57,947 bases of DNA from Desulfovibrio sp. (GTDB taxonomy: Bacteria > Desulfobacterota > Desulfovibrionia > Desulfovibrionales > Desulfovibrionaceae): contig JAISMK010000060.1 in the NCBI GenBank assembly GCA_031276785.1, forward strand, positions 1-57,947. The letters are read 5' to 3'. Both the position numbers and the translations under genes were made by a program. Positions 40,134 to 49,320 of the stretch are shown piece by piece. A model generated the notes under the pieces. The model was given only the letters and a program-made list of their open reading frames with translations, searched no databases and was not told the origin of the DNA. How positions within the stretch are numbered: position 1 is the stretch's first letter; each line of letters begins with the position of its first letter.

Positions 40134-41090
40134 TCAGGGCCGTCCCGCCTGTCCTCCGGCCGCGCGGACTCCGATGATGTTGGGCAGGGGAGCTTCTGGA
40201 TTGCCCCTGAGATCCAGGAGGGAATGCCTCCCCTTCCAGACATGGATCACCCCGTCCCGGGCCGTAAAACTTGCGGCTCCGGGCCGCGCGGGAACCGCCT
40301 GCGTACCTGTTTCCCGCACGAACAGGCCGGCCTGGGAGCCCCCTTCCACATACATCACCGGCCCCAGGTCCAGAGGAAACTTCTTGAGCAACCCGGCAAA
40401 ATCCGCGGCAGGCAGAGGGCGTTGGGCCAGGATGAACAGGATTCGTCCCCGCCTGTCCTTTCCCACCGCGGCAATGCTGTGGGCCGGGCCTCCTTCGGGC
40501 CATAAAATCCGCCCCCGGCTGTTCAGCAGGCGATAGTTCTGCACCGCAAGTCCGTACCGCGACAGCCGTTTTTCCCAATCTCCCCCGTCATGCTCCAGAA
40601 TATCCGCCGCGGGCAGTCCCGGCCCCTCCGGAAGGGAAACAAAAAACGCGCCCAGGCGCTTACCCGCCCGCCCGTTGTTCACATGCCCTCTGGTCCGCAT
40701 CAGGCCGGTGCTGGTACTGTTGTCCGGCAGATACATGGATGCGTTGATGCCGGCGACCAGACCCTCCAGTTCCGCCCATTGCCGCAGGGAATGGGCCGCC
40801 CCCGTCTCTGATGCCATGTGCAGACTGAAAGTGACCAGCCTGGGAGACAGGCGGACAAAGACGCAATAGGCGTCTTCCTCTCCCGCTTCAGCCGGAGCCA
40901 TGCTGGCAAGGCCCAGTTCCAGGCCCGGCTGCGGGGAGGACCAGATGATTTCCGCCGGGGAGGAACCTTCCCCCGCCGCCCCCTGTCCGGCGGGGACGCT
41001 TTGCGCCGGCCCGGCCGCCAGGAAAAAAATCAAAACGGCCAGGCAGAACAGCATGCCCGTAGCCGCCTCTCCGGAACAGGTGTTCTCCAT
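40134..41090 (-). CDS. Exported phosphodiester glycosidase (NAGPA-like) family protein; start uncertain
   Basis: GINASMY, MYVEGGSQAGL, PLPNIIGV; signal-like hydrophobic segment. Confidence 0.7.
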   Translation of the reverse strand: MENTCSGEAATGMLFCLAVLIFFLAAGPAQSVPAGQGAAGEGSSPAEIIWSSPQPGLELGLASMAPAEAGEEDAYCVFVRLSPRLVTFSLHMASETGAAHSLRQWAELEGLVAGINASMYLPDNSTSTGLMRTRGHVNNGRAGKRLGAFFVSLPEGPGLPAADILEHDGGDWEKRLSRYGLAVQNYRLLNSRGRILWPEGGPAHSIAAVGKDRRGRILFILAQRPLPAADFAGLLKKFPLDLGPVMYVEGGSQAGLFVRETGTQAVPARPGAASFTARDGVIHVWKGRHSLLDLRGNPEAPLPNIIGVRAAGGQAGRP

Positions 41091-41285
41091 CCGGCCGACA
41101 TTCATAATGTAAATATATCCGCTTCCCTCCTCCCAGGCAACAGGATATGCTGCCCGCTTGGCCGAAAAGCGCGGTTTCCCCGGCCTGCTCGTGCCGCTTG
41201 GCGGCAAGGATCAGCATGCACATCCTTGCCGGGTATTTCAAGTATGAACTGCTCCAGTCAAAGCAGAATCCAGAAAGAGGATCCC

Positions 41286-42158
41286 ATGAAAATCGCATCC
41301 CTCCTAAAGACCGGCCGACCCTTCTATTCCCTGGAGTTTTTCCCTCCACCGGACGCGTCCCAATGGCCGGATTTTTTCGGCATAGTGGACAGCCTGCGCG
41401 TTCTGCGCCCCGCCTTTGTCTCAGTCACCTACGGGGCGGGCGGAGGTTCCCACGACAAAACCCTGGCAATCACCCGCGCCCTGACGGCTATGGGCCTTGT
41501 GACCATGCCCCACCTGACTTGCCTGGGCGCCTCGGAAGAGAGCGTGCGGACTTTTCTAGACCATCTGGAGGATGCGGGAGTGGAAAATGTGCTGGCCCTG
41601 CGCGGGGATCCTCCCCAGGATCCAGCGCTGCGCCAGCGCGAAGGCCGTTTTTGCCACGCCTCTGATCTGGTCCGGTTCATCAGGTCGGAATTTTCCTCTT
41701 TCAGCATCGGGGTTGCCGCCTATCTGACGCCGCATCCGGAATCAGCCTCCTTTGCCCAAGATCGCCTGGCCACCAAAATAAAACTGGAGGCCGGGGCGGA
41801 TTTCGCCGTCAGCCAGCTTGTTTTCGACCCGCGCGAATATTTTGAATATATCGACCAAATGCGCGCCCTGGGTGTGGACAAGCCCATCCTGCCCGGCGTC
41901 CTGCCCATTCAGAGCCTGGAATCCCTGCGCCGCATCCTGGCCTTAAGCGGATGCAATATTCCGGCCAAACTCTACCTTGCGGTGGAGGAGGCCCACCGGA
42001 CCGGTGGTCCCCAGGCCGTGCAGGAAGCCGGCATAGCCTATGCTTCCGGCCAGATCCGCCGGCTTCTGGACGGCGGGGCGCCGGGCATCCACCTCTATAC
42101 CCTGAACAGGACTGATGTCTGCCTGCGCGTCGCCGCCGCCGCGGGGATTCCGGGGTGA
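41286..42158 (+). CDS. metF: 5,10-methylenetetrahydrofolate reductase
   Basis: SLEFFPP, SVTYGAGG, PHLTC, LALRGDPP, KLEAGADF..SQL, GIHLYTLN. Confidence 0.95.
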   Translation: MKIASLLKTGRPFYSLEFFPPPDASQWPDFFGIVDSLRVLRPAFVSVTYGAGGGSHDKTLAITRALTAMGLVTMPHLTCLGASEESVRTFLDHLEDAGVENVLALRGDPPQDPALRQREGRFCHASDLVRFIRSEFSSFSIGVAAYLTPHPESASFAQDRLATKIKLEAGADFAVSQLVFDPREYFEYIDQMRALGVDKPILPGVLPIQSLESLRRILALSGCNIPAKLYLAVEEAHRTGGPQAVQEAGIAYASGQIRRLLDGGAPGIHLYTLNRTDVCLRVAAAAGIPG

Positions 42159-43279
42159 CGCCAGTTGCGGGCGGGCGGGCGGTCCGGGTTCTTCCTCCGG
42201 CTCCGGACTCGGTGCGCCGCATCCTGGTCTGCCAGTTGAACCAGTTGGGAGATGTACTCCTGGCCACCCCCTCTCTGGAACTGCTGGCCCGCGCTTACCC
42301 TGCGGCCCAAATCCATCTGCTCACGGAAAAGAAATGCCTCCCCCTGGTGGAAGGCAACCCTGACCTGCATACAGTCTGGGCCCTGAACAAAAAGGCCCTG
42401 CCCTCCCTTCTGCATGAGCTGGCCTTTTACCGCCGCGTTACGGCCGTGGGCTTCGACCTGCTGATCAATTTCCAGCACCTGCCGCGCTGCCGCTGGGTGG
42501 CTGTCCTTTCGCGGGCCAAAATACGCCTGGCCCCGCCCGCTCCCTGGTACAACCGCTGGTTGTACACCGCCTGCCCTCCCCAGCGGGCCGCCTATGTGGC
42601 GGCCTTCAAGGCCCAGATCCTGGCTCCCCTGGGCATCTCCTGGCAGGGGGAAAGGCCCAGGCTCTTCCTCTCCCCGGCCGAACGGGAAGAAGGCCGCCGC
42701 CTGCTGGAGCGCTTCGGCCTGGGGCAGGCGGCCGGGAAAAAACCGATCCTGCGCCTGATTACAGTGGATGCCACCCACCGCCATGCCACCAGGCAATGGC
42801 CTGGGAAATACTACGCGGCCCTGATGGACGCCGCGGCCCGCGCCCGCCCGGACCTGCGCTTTCTCCTGCCCTGCGGACCGGGAGAAGAGGGCCAGGTGCG
42901 GGCCATCCGGGCGGCCAGTTCCCTGCCGGAACGCATCGTCATCCCCCCGGCGGTCCTTAACCTGCGCCAGATGGCGGCCTGCATGGAACACGCCGCCCTG
43001 CATCTGGGCAACTGCTCCGCACCCCGGCACATGGCTGTGGCCCTGAACATTCCCAGCCTGGCCATCCTCGGCTCCACCAGCGCATACTGGACGTTCCCTT
43101 CACCGGAACACACCCAGGTCCGAGCCGGAGACTTCATGGACATGCCCTGCCAAAGCTGCAACCGCAATACCTGCCCGCACTCCCTGCGCTGCCTGACCCG
43201 CCTTACTCCGGATCTGGTCCTGCCGGTCCTGCTCCGGCACCTGGAGAGGTACTCCCCAAAATTCGAACAAGTGTTATAG
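42155..43279 (+). CDS. Glycosyltransferase family 9 (heptosyltransferase-like)
   Basis: RILVCQLNQLGDVLLATP, RQWP, GNCSAPRHMAVAL, C..C....C. Confidence 0.88.
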   Translation: MTPVAGGRAVRVLPPAPDSVRRILVCQLNQLGDVLLATPSLELLARAYPAAQIHLLTEKKCLPLVEGNPDLHTVWALNKKALPSLLHELAFYRRVTAVGFDLLINFQHLPRCRWVAVLSRAKIRLAPPAPWYNRWLYTACPPQRAAYVAAFKAQILAPLGISWQGERPRLFLSPAEREEGRRLLERFGLGQAAGKKPILRLITVDATHRHATRQWPGKYYAALMDAAARARPDLRFLLPCGPGEEGQVRAIRAASSLPERIVIPPAVLNLRQMAACMEHAALHLGNCSAPRHMAVALNIPSLAILGSTSAYWTFPSPEHTQVRAGDFMDMPCQSCNRNTCPHSLRCLTRLTPDLVLPVLLRHLERYSPKFEQVL

Positions 43280-43378
43280 AGCAGTTTAACTTTGAAAAGT
43301 TGGACTGATGGGATGGCCCCGCCCGCTTAAAGCGGGTATGCATAGGTCAATCTTAAACACCTTGCAGGAGGCCATCCC

Positions 43379-44406
43379 ATGAAGGCTATTACCACCATCG
43401 GTATCGACTTGGCAAAGAACAGTTTTTCCGTTTACGGCGTGAATGCCAAAGGAAAGTGCGTGTTGCAGCGAACCTTGACCCGCTCCGGCGTCATCCGATT
43501 TTTCGCCAATCTTCCCGAGTGCCTGGTGGGGATGGAAGCCTGCGCCTCGTCCGAATACTGGCTAGAACGATTGAAAGCCTGGGGCATACTGTACGCCGCA
43601 TCCATCCTCGTTATGTGAAAGCCTTTCTTTTGGGAGCGAAAAACGATGCCAACGACGCAGCCGCCATATGCGAAGCCGTGCAGCGTCCCAACATGCGATT
43701 TGTTCAGCATAAGTCCCCGGAACAAGTTGATATTCAATGCGTCCACAGGATCCGCCAAGGGTATGTTCGTTCCCGCACGGCACTGATCAACCAGATCAGA
43801 GGTCTGCTCGGAGAATACGGCATCGTCATGCGGCAAGGAGCCGGTCATATCCGAAAGTTTTTGCCGACTACCATCCAAGATAAAAGCAATGACCTCTCCG
43901 GCCGCATGCGCCGTAACCTGAACTCTCTTTATGACTCTTTGTGTTTCTTTGATCATCAGATAGCCGAACAGGAAAAAATTCTGAAAACCCTTGCCAAGGA
44001 AAATGAGGCTTGCAAACGGTTGATGCAAATTCCCGGCATTGGCTTCATAACGGCAACCGTTTTGCTTTCCGTAGCCGGAGTAGCCTCAAGCTTCAAAAAC
44101 GGCAGAGAATTCGCCGCGTTCCTTGGTCTGGTGCCGCGACAGAATTCCACAGGCGGTAGAACGAAGCTGTTCGGAATTGCCAAACGCGGCGACAAGTATA
44201 TACGAACTCTTTTGATACATGGCGCACGAGCCGCCCTGCGTTCCGCCGTGGCCGGGCAAGCTTCAGAGAGAAAACACCACCAATGGCTGTTGGCTTTGGT
44301 CTCCCGACGAGGGGTGAAACGCGCCTGCGTAGGACTGGCAAACAAAACCGCCCGTATTGCCTGGAGCTTACTGGCACACGGTACCGAATACAAACTTGCG
44401 GTATAG
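43379..44406 (+). pseudogene. IS110 DEDD recombinase/transposase, frameshifted near 43560
   Basis: IGIDLAK and GMEAC in 43379 frame; KNDANDA, IPGIG, GLVPRQNSTGG, GDKYIR in 43456 frame; one missing G in tac-tg(g)-gct restores YWART. Confidence 0.88.
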
Positions 44407-44519
44407 TCCCGCGTTTGTCATGCCGCTTGCAGCCCGACTTCCTTTTTAAGAGTCGCACGCAAGCGGCCCGCCAAACGCTTTTGCACCATCTACCCAACGG
44501 TTGCTGAGGAAAAAAACAA

Positions 44520-44660
44520 GATGGGAAAAGGTCGGACCTGCTTTCGGAAAACCTGCAATAGAGCAAGGCGTACAACGCCGATGGACTGATGAGGACCGAA
44601 AGCGCGTAAACCATCAGGACGCTGCCTCGTAAGGCTGACGCCGTATATATGCGTGCATCC
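44520..44660 (+). ncRNA. Putative bridge RNA/seekRNA of the IS1111 element (boundaries approximate)
   Basis: Contains segments matching both strands of target and donor junctions, separated by hairpins. Confidence 0.7.
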
Positions 44661-44787
44661 GAACAAAATCCCAAACTCCTTTTTCCTTGACCTCAGGGCG
44701 GAGCCATATATGCTCCATTGTCCTCCAGTCAGGGCGAACAGTCAACAATATGCCCTGAGCCGTCTCTGGAGCATTTCCACTTTCGCT

Positions 44788-46488
44788 CTACACGGATCTC
44801 AGGGCGGCGCTCCAGAGGCGGCGCAGGGAAAGGCCCCTGTCCGCCGGCAGGGCATAGCGTTCCAGCCAGTATCTTCTGGCCTCCTGCACAGTGGGGGACT
44901 TCCACCAGACGGCCGCATCCGGCCAGGCGGCGGCCGCCGCCGCCGCCGCCTCTTCCGGACCGGGCAGAAGAATGCCAGCCCCGGCCAGAACATCAAGGGC
45001 CTGTTCCGTTGCTTCCTCCATGCCCCATTGTTCCCGGTCCCAGAAGCAGATAGTGGGAACATCGGCCGCCAGGGCCAGGTGCAGGGTGGTTCCGTAATGA
45101 TCCAGAACCAGGAGGCGGCAGTTCAGCATTTTCCGGGTCAGATCCCCGGAACAGAGAGCCAGGCCAGGGATGGCGCGCAGAATGTGGGGGCCGTCCTCCA
45201 GAGCGGCCGGATTGGAAGAAGCGGCATAAGGGCGGTAGAGGCTCGCGGCCAGAAGGTGTTCCGGCAGAGCGCGGAAAAAGCGGATTTTATCCCGTCGGTA
45301 GCCTGGCAGCTTCCCCGCCTGAGGCCGGGATTTGAGGCGGTAGAGCAAAAGACTCATCTCCGTGCCCACCAGAATAAGTTCCGGCCGTCTTTCCCTGTGT
45401 CTGCCGCTGAGCCTTGCCGGCAGGGGATGGGGCAAAGGCAGGCTGTTGCAGGGGTAATCCCTGTGCCGCCGCCAGCCCCAGGTAATGAAGGCGTGCTGCC
45501 TGTACTCGAAAAAACTGCCTCCCATACTGCGCAGGTTGCCGTAGTTGGCCCCGTGCTGGACGCTGAACAGCCTGCCTCCACCGGCGCGCCAGGCCGCCAT
45601 GGCAAGGCGGTAGCCGTCATCCTGGCCGGCGGCCGCAGTCATGCCCCGCAAGCGCCCCCGGGCGGAGGGAAGGGCAGGCAGGGGAAGTTCCAGAAGAGCG
45701 CGGGGTAGACAGGCGGCGATGAATTCCTCGGCCGGGAATATCCATTCCAGGGGGGTAGATGCGTAGGCGGCGAGGCCCAAGGTTCTGTCCTCCGGGGAAC
45801 GGTTGCCCAGGACAGCCAAGGAAAGGCACAGGCACTGGATCGGAGAAAAGCCTTTCTGGAAGGGAAAGGGCAGTTGCCGTGCCGCCCGGCGCAGAACTTC
45901 CGCCAGGGCCTGGACAAGACCGCCGCTTCCGCCCCCTGCGGGGCTCAGGTCCGCCGCAGGCAGGAAGCGCAGATCCCAGTCCCTTGGGGCCGCGGCCTCC
46001 ACCAACCGGGACAGGATATAGTGATTGAAGACCGGGTCCAGAACGCCGCTGGTCATGAATTCCAGAGAGGTCCGGAAGAAAAAGGAGCAGCCGCGCGGCA
46101 GAAGGGAGACCCGGAGTGCCCTTCCGCCATGGATCTCCAGCAAATCCAGCATCCGCTTCTGGCGCTCCGCCAGCATCTGGACGCAGAGAATCAGCCAGGG
46201 GCCGAGGGCGGTTTCCCAGAAGATGTCCGGATACTCCGCCCCCCGGAGCCGGTTTACGGCCGCCGCCAGGATCGGGATCAGGCGGATGGCCTCGGCATTG
46301 GCCTTGCGGGTATAAAAATGCATTTCTTCGGCGCAGGCAAAGGGGTCCGGGGGCAAGGCAAAGCCGCAGGCGGGGTCATCCCAGCCCGGAAAGGCCTTCT
46401 CCCGGCCGCAGAAACACCAGGGTCCGGCGGGCAGATGGCTGTCCGGGCTGGCGGAAAAAGGCATGGGGCCTAGAACCAGTTCGCGCAT
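44788..46488 (-). CDS. LIC12162-family putative surface-glycan transferase
   Basis: FW...LGPWL, SVQHGANYG, FITWGW, LYRPY, GTTLHLALAADVPTICFW. Confidence 0.72.
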   Translation of the reverse strand: MRELVLGPMPFSASPDSHLPAGPWCFCGREKAFPGWDDPACGFALPPDPFACAEEMHFYTRKANAEAIRLIPILAAAVNRLRGAEYPDIFWETALGPWLILCVQMLAERQKRMLDLLEIHGGRALRVSLLPRGCSFFFRTSLEFMTSGVLDPVFNHYILSRLVEAAAPRDWDLRFLPAADLSPAGGGSGGLVQALAEVLRRAARQLPFPFQKGFSPIQCLCLSLAVLGNRSPEDRTLGLAAYASTPLEWIFPAEEFIAACLPRALLELPLPALPSARGRLRGMTAAAGQDDGYRLAMAAWRAGGGRLFSVQHGANYGNLRSMGGSFFEYRQHAFITWGWRRHRDYPCNSLPLPHPLPARLSGRHRERRPELILVGTEMSLLLYRLKSRPQAGKLPGYRRDKIRFFRALPEHLLAASLYRPYAASSNPAALEDGPHILRAIPGLALCSGDLTRKMLNCRLLVLDHYGTTLHLALAADVPTICFWDREQWGMEEATEQALDVLAGAGILLPGPEEAAAAAAAAWPDAAVWWKSPTVQEARRYWLERYALPADRGLSLRRLWSAALRSV

Positions 46489-46549
46489 GGCGGAGATATC
46501 CTGGCTAAGATTGTCGCGTAAAAATAGAGCGGTTTGAAATTGCTTCGGT

Positions 46550-46963
46550 CTATTTTTCCGCCTGCTGCAGAATAATCTCCACTTCGTCCAGGGAAAGACC
46601 CGTGGCCTTGGAAAGCTGGGCCGGGGTGCGGCCTTTTTTGGCGCTGGCGATAATGGTTTCCCGCAGAAACTGCGGAGACCGGCTGACGGCCTCGGCCTGC
46701 TCCAGCAGGGCGGAAAGGCGGGCCTCCCTGTCCTCCAGGGCATCGTTCAGCCGGCGCAGTTCCGTCTGGCGGGTATGGAAGCTTTGCATAAGCTCGCGCT
46801 CCAGCTCGGCATTGGCGGCCAGTTTGTCCAGAAGCGACTCCTGGCCGCTGCTCAGCCGGGTGAGCAGATCCTCGGAGCGGCGGAGGCGGGAAAAAAAGCG
46901 CAGCAACAGGAAAAACAGGATCAGTTCCACCAGGCTGACAACAATAAGAATCCCTGTCTGCAT
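46550..46963 (-). CDS. Membrane-anchored coiled-coil protein with C-terminal HTH-like motif (flagellar operon)
   Basis: N-terminal TM, coiled coil, LSKATGLSLDEVEIIL. Confidence 0.75.
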   Translation of the reverse strand: MQTGILIVVSLVELILFFLLLRFFSRLRRSEDLLTRLSSGQESLLDKLAANAELERELMQSFHTRQTELRRLNDALEDREARLSALLEQAEAVSRSPQFLRETIIASAKKGRTPAQLSKATGLSLDEVEIILQQAEK

Positions 46964-47012
46964 ACCGTTCAGAGCGCTTTTATTTTGTAGGCGGGCTTTG
47001 CCTCGCCGGGGA

Positions 47013-47336
47013 TCACACCTTCACATCCAGCAGATGCCCCGACCAGGGAACGGCGGGGGGCGCCTTGTCCTCCTCCGGCGCCTCCCGCTGCTCCTTGTCC
47101 TGGGAAAGAGGTCGCCGGGGATCGCCGCCGGACTCTTCCTCTTCCTTGGCGCGCACCCGCCGGTAGGCCGCCTTGTCCGCCCGGGGCACCTGATCGTCCT
47201 GTTTTTTCAGGTCCTGAACTATGGTTTGCTGAGAGGCTAGCTGCTGCACATGGGGCTGGTTCTGGGCAAATTCCACCAGTTTTTCCACATGGCCCATCTG
47301 GACCACAGGAAGGGTTATGGCATTGTTTCCCGCCAT
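47013..47336 (-). CDS. Conserved hypothetical protein in flagellar operon
   Basis: C-terminal PWSGHLLDVKV; tightly packed behind fliL. Confidence 0.7.
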   Translation of the reverse strand: MAGNNAITLPVVQMGHVEKLVEFAQNQPHVQQLASQQTIVQDLKKQDDQVPRADKAAYRRVRAKEEEESGGDPRRPLSQDKEQREAPEEDKAPPAVPWSGHLLDVKV

Positions 47337-47338
47337 AA

Positions 47339-48013
47339 TCAGCGCACCACATATTCATCAAAATAGAGTTCCGAAAATTTGGCCGAAGAAAGGTGCTCAT
47401 TGATGACGCTGAGCAGATCTTCCTTCAAATCCTGCTGCCGTTCGGCATTGGTCAGGAAGGTCAGGGGCCTGTTGATCAGGTAGTAGTAAACGGCGTCGCG
47501 GATGACTATTTTTTTCGCCTCCAGCTCGGAGAGCAGTATAAGGCTTTCCGTAGGGGTGGTGAAACGGCAGGAAAGAAAACGGATTTCCCCTTCGGCGCCC
47601 CGGCGCTCCACCAGAAAACCGTCCCATTCGACCAGATGGACGGCAGGCTGTTCCGTCGCGTTGGACTGGGGCTGGGAGGGCACCACTATGCGCAGAGGGC
47701 CGGCGGGTCCGGGCGCCGGAGCCGTTTCCCCGAACAGGAGGGAGTTGGCCGCAACCCCCGCCAGGCCCAGAACCGCGCAGGCGGCGACTGCCGCCAGCAA
47801 TTTCTTTTTGTTGTCCTTGAGACGCTGGGCCAGAAGAAGCCAACGCGCCAGCCGGTCCGGCTTCTCCGGGTCCGGGGCCTGGGCCTCGGCCGGGGGATCC
47901 TCCTTGTCGGCCTGTGGTTCCTGCTCCTCCAGAAAGGGAGCGTCCTCCAGATCAAGCTCCACCTTGACGGCCGGAGCCGCAAGAGGGTCCGCATCAGGTA
48001 CGAGGAATAACAT
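47339..48013 (-). CDS. fliL: Flagellar basal body-associated FliL
   Basis: Single TM; IRDAVYYYL...LKEDLLSVIN..L....ELYFDEYVV. Confidence 0.82.
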   Translation of the reverse strand: MLFLVPDADPLAAPAVKVELDLEDAPFLEEQEPQADKEDPPAEAQAPDPEKPDRLARWLLLAQRLKDNKKKLLAAVAACAVLGLAGVAANSLLFGETAPAPGPAGPLRIVVPSQPQSNATEQPAVHLVEWDGFLVERRGAEGEIRFLSCRFTTPTESLILLSELEAKKIVIRDAVYYYLINRPLTFLTNAERQQDLKEDLLSVINEHLSSAKFSELYFDEYVVR

Positions 48014-48124
48014 ACAATCACCTTGCCCTGCACGCCAGAGCCCGCCGCCGGGGCAACATCACGCCGCGCAAGGCTCTGGCGGCCGCGCTCCGCGCTTTAT
48101 GCGGCAATCCCAGCCGTAAAATAC

Positions 48125-48505
48125 TCAGGGGAAGATTTTTTCGATTTTCTGCTTCATCACCTCCGCGGTGAACGGCTTGACAATGTAGTTGGAAACCTTG
48201 GCTTGCACGGCCTCAATGATATTTTCCTGCTGGGCCTCGGCCGTGACCATCAGAAAAGGCAGATCTCCAAATTCCTCACTGGCGCGGACCTTGCGCAGAA
48301 GCTCAATGCCGGTCATCTGAGGCATATTCCAATCGGAAATTATGAAACTAATTCTGTCTTTGTTAAGCACATCCCAGGCAGTGGTCCCGTCGTCCGCTTC
48401 CACCACGTTGTTGAAACCCAACTGGCGCAGGATATTTTTGATAATCCTGCGCATGGTGGAAAAATCGTCGACCACGAGCACCCGCATATTGGGATCATAC
48501 GGCAT
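48125..48505 (-). CDS. cheY: Chemotaxis response regulator CheY
   Basis: VVDDFSTMRRI, SDWNMP, MVTAEA, YIVKPF. Confidence 0.96.
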   Translation of the reverse strand: MPYDPNMRVLVVDDFSTMRRIIKNILRQLGFNNVVEADDGTTAWDVLNKDRISFIISDWNMPQMTGIELLRKVRASEEFGDLPFLMVTAEAQQENIIEAVQAKVSNYIVKPFTAEVMKQKIEKIFP

Positions 48506-48516
48506 GACAGACTCCT

Positions 48517-49320
48517 TTATAGGTGCAGATCTCCATGGCGAACAAGAAACTCGCGCCGCAGCCGGGAAAGAGCCTGAGAGTGCAATTGTGAAACGCGGCC
48601 TTCGGTAATTCCCATCACTTCCGCCGTTTCCCGCATGTTCAATTCATCCGCGTAGTATAAAGATAATACCAGCTTTTCGCGGGGTGTCAATTGATCCACA
48701 AGCTCCGCCACCCTGTCCACGAATTCCTGCGCGGCCGCTTGGGAGAAAGGGTTGTTCCCTTCCGGACCTTCCTGGAGGGAGGATGTCTCCTGAAGCATGT
48801 CCAGAGACAGGCAGAACTGATTCTGCAGGGCTTCCAGACCCTCGCGCACCTCGCTCAGGGCCAGGCCGGTCTCCCGCGCCAGTTCCTCTTCCGTGGGGGG
48901 ACGCCCGGCCATGTGTTCCAGTTTGTGTACGGCCTCATCCAAGGTCCGGACGCGGCGGCGCTGGGAGCGGGGGACCCAGTCCAGCCTGCGCAGCTCGTCC
49001 AGCATGGCGCCGCGGATGCGGCTTTCGGCATAGGTGTCGAACTTGATGCCTAGCTGAGGCCGGAATTTGGCGAAAGACTCCATCAAGCCCAAGGTCCCGG
49101 CGCCCACCAGATCGACCACTTCCACATTGCGGGGCAGTTTGGCCTTGAGGCGCATGGCCAGATACTTCACCTTGGGGGCGAAGTGGCGCACAATCTCTTC
49201 CCGCTGAGCGGGGGAGCAGTCCCGCCAGGCAAGATCTCCCGCGTCAAAGCGCCGCCAGGCCGCCCGGCCCGGCTCAGGCTCTGAACAAGAGCCGCTTCCA
49301 GAAGAATTTGATGTTGCCAT
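48517..49320 (-). CDS. fliA: Sigma-28 factor FliA
   Basis: RIRGAMLDELRRLDW, LSLYY..EL, GITEGRVSQLHSQAL. Confidence 0.95.
   Translation of the reverse strand: MATSNSSGSGSCSEPEPGRAAWRRFDAGDLAWRDCSPAQREEIVRHFAPKVKYLAMRLKAKLPRNVEVVDLVGAGTLGLMESFAKFRPQLGIKFDTYAESRIRGAMLDELRRLDWVPRSQRRRVRTLDEAVHKLEHMAGRPPTEEELARETGLALSEVREGLEALQNQFCLSLDMLQETSSLQEGPEGNNPFSQAAAQEFVDRVAELVDQLTPREKLVLSLYYADELNMRETAEVMGITEGRVSQLHSQALSRLRREFLVRHGDLHL

Larger units (their letters stand above)
43306..44712 (+). mobile_element. IS110-family (IS1111 subgroup) insertion sequence
   Basis: Sub-terminal IRs atggccccgccc (43313-43324) / gggcggagccat (44696-44707); TG core at both ends; ~300-nt noncoding right end. Confidence 0.9.

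Noticed and set aside
41207..41285. SAM riboswitch before metF
   Set aside because: Leader is short and lacks SAM-I core motifs
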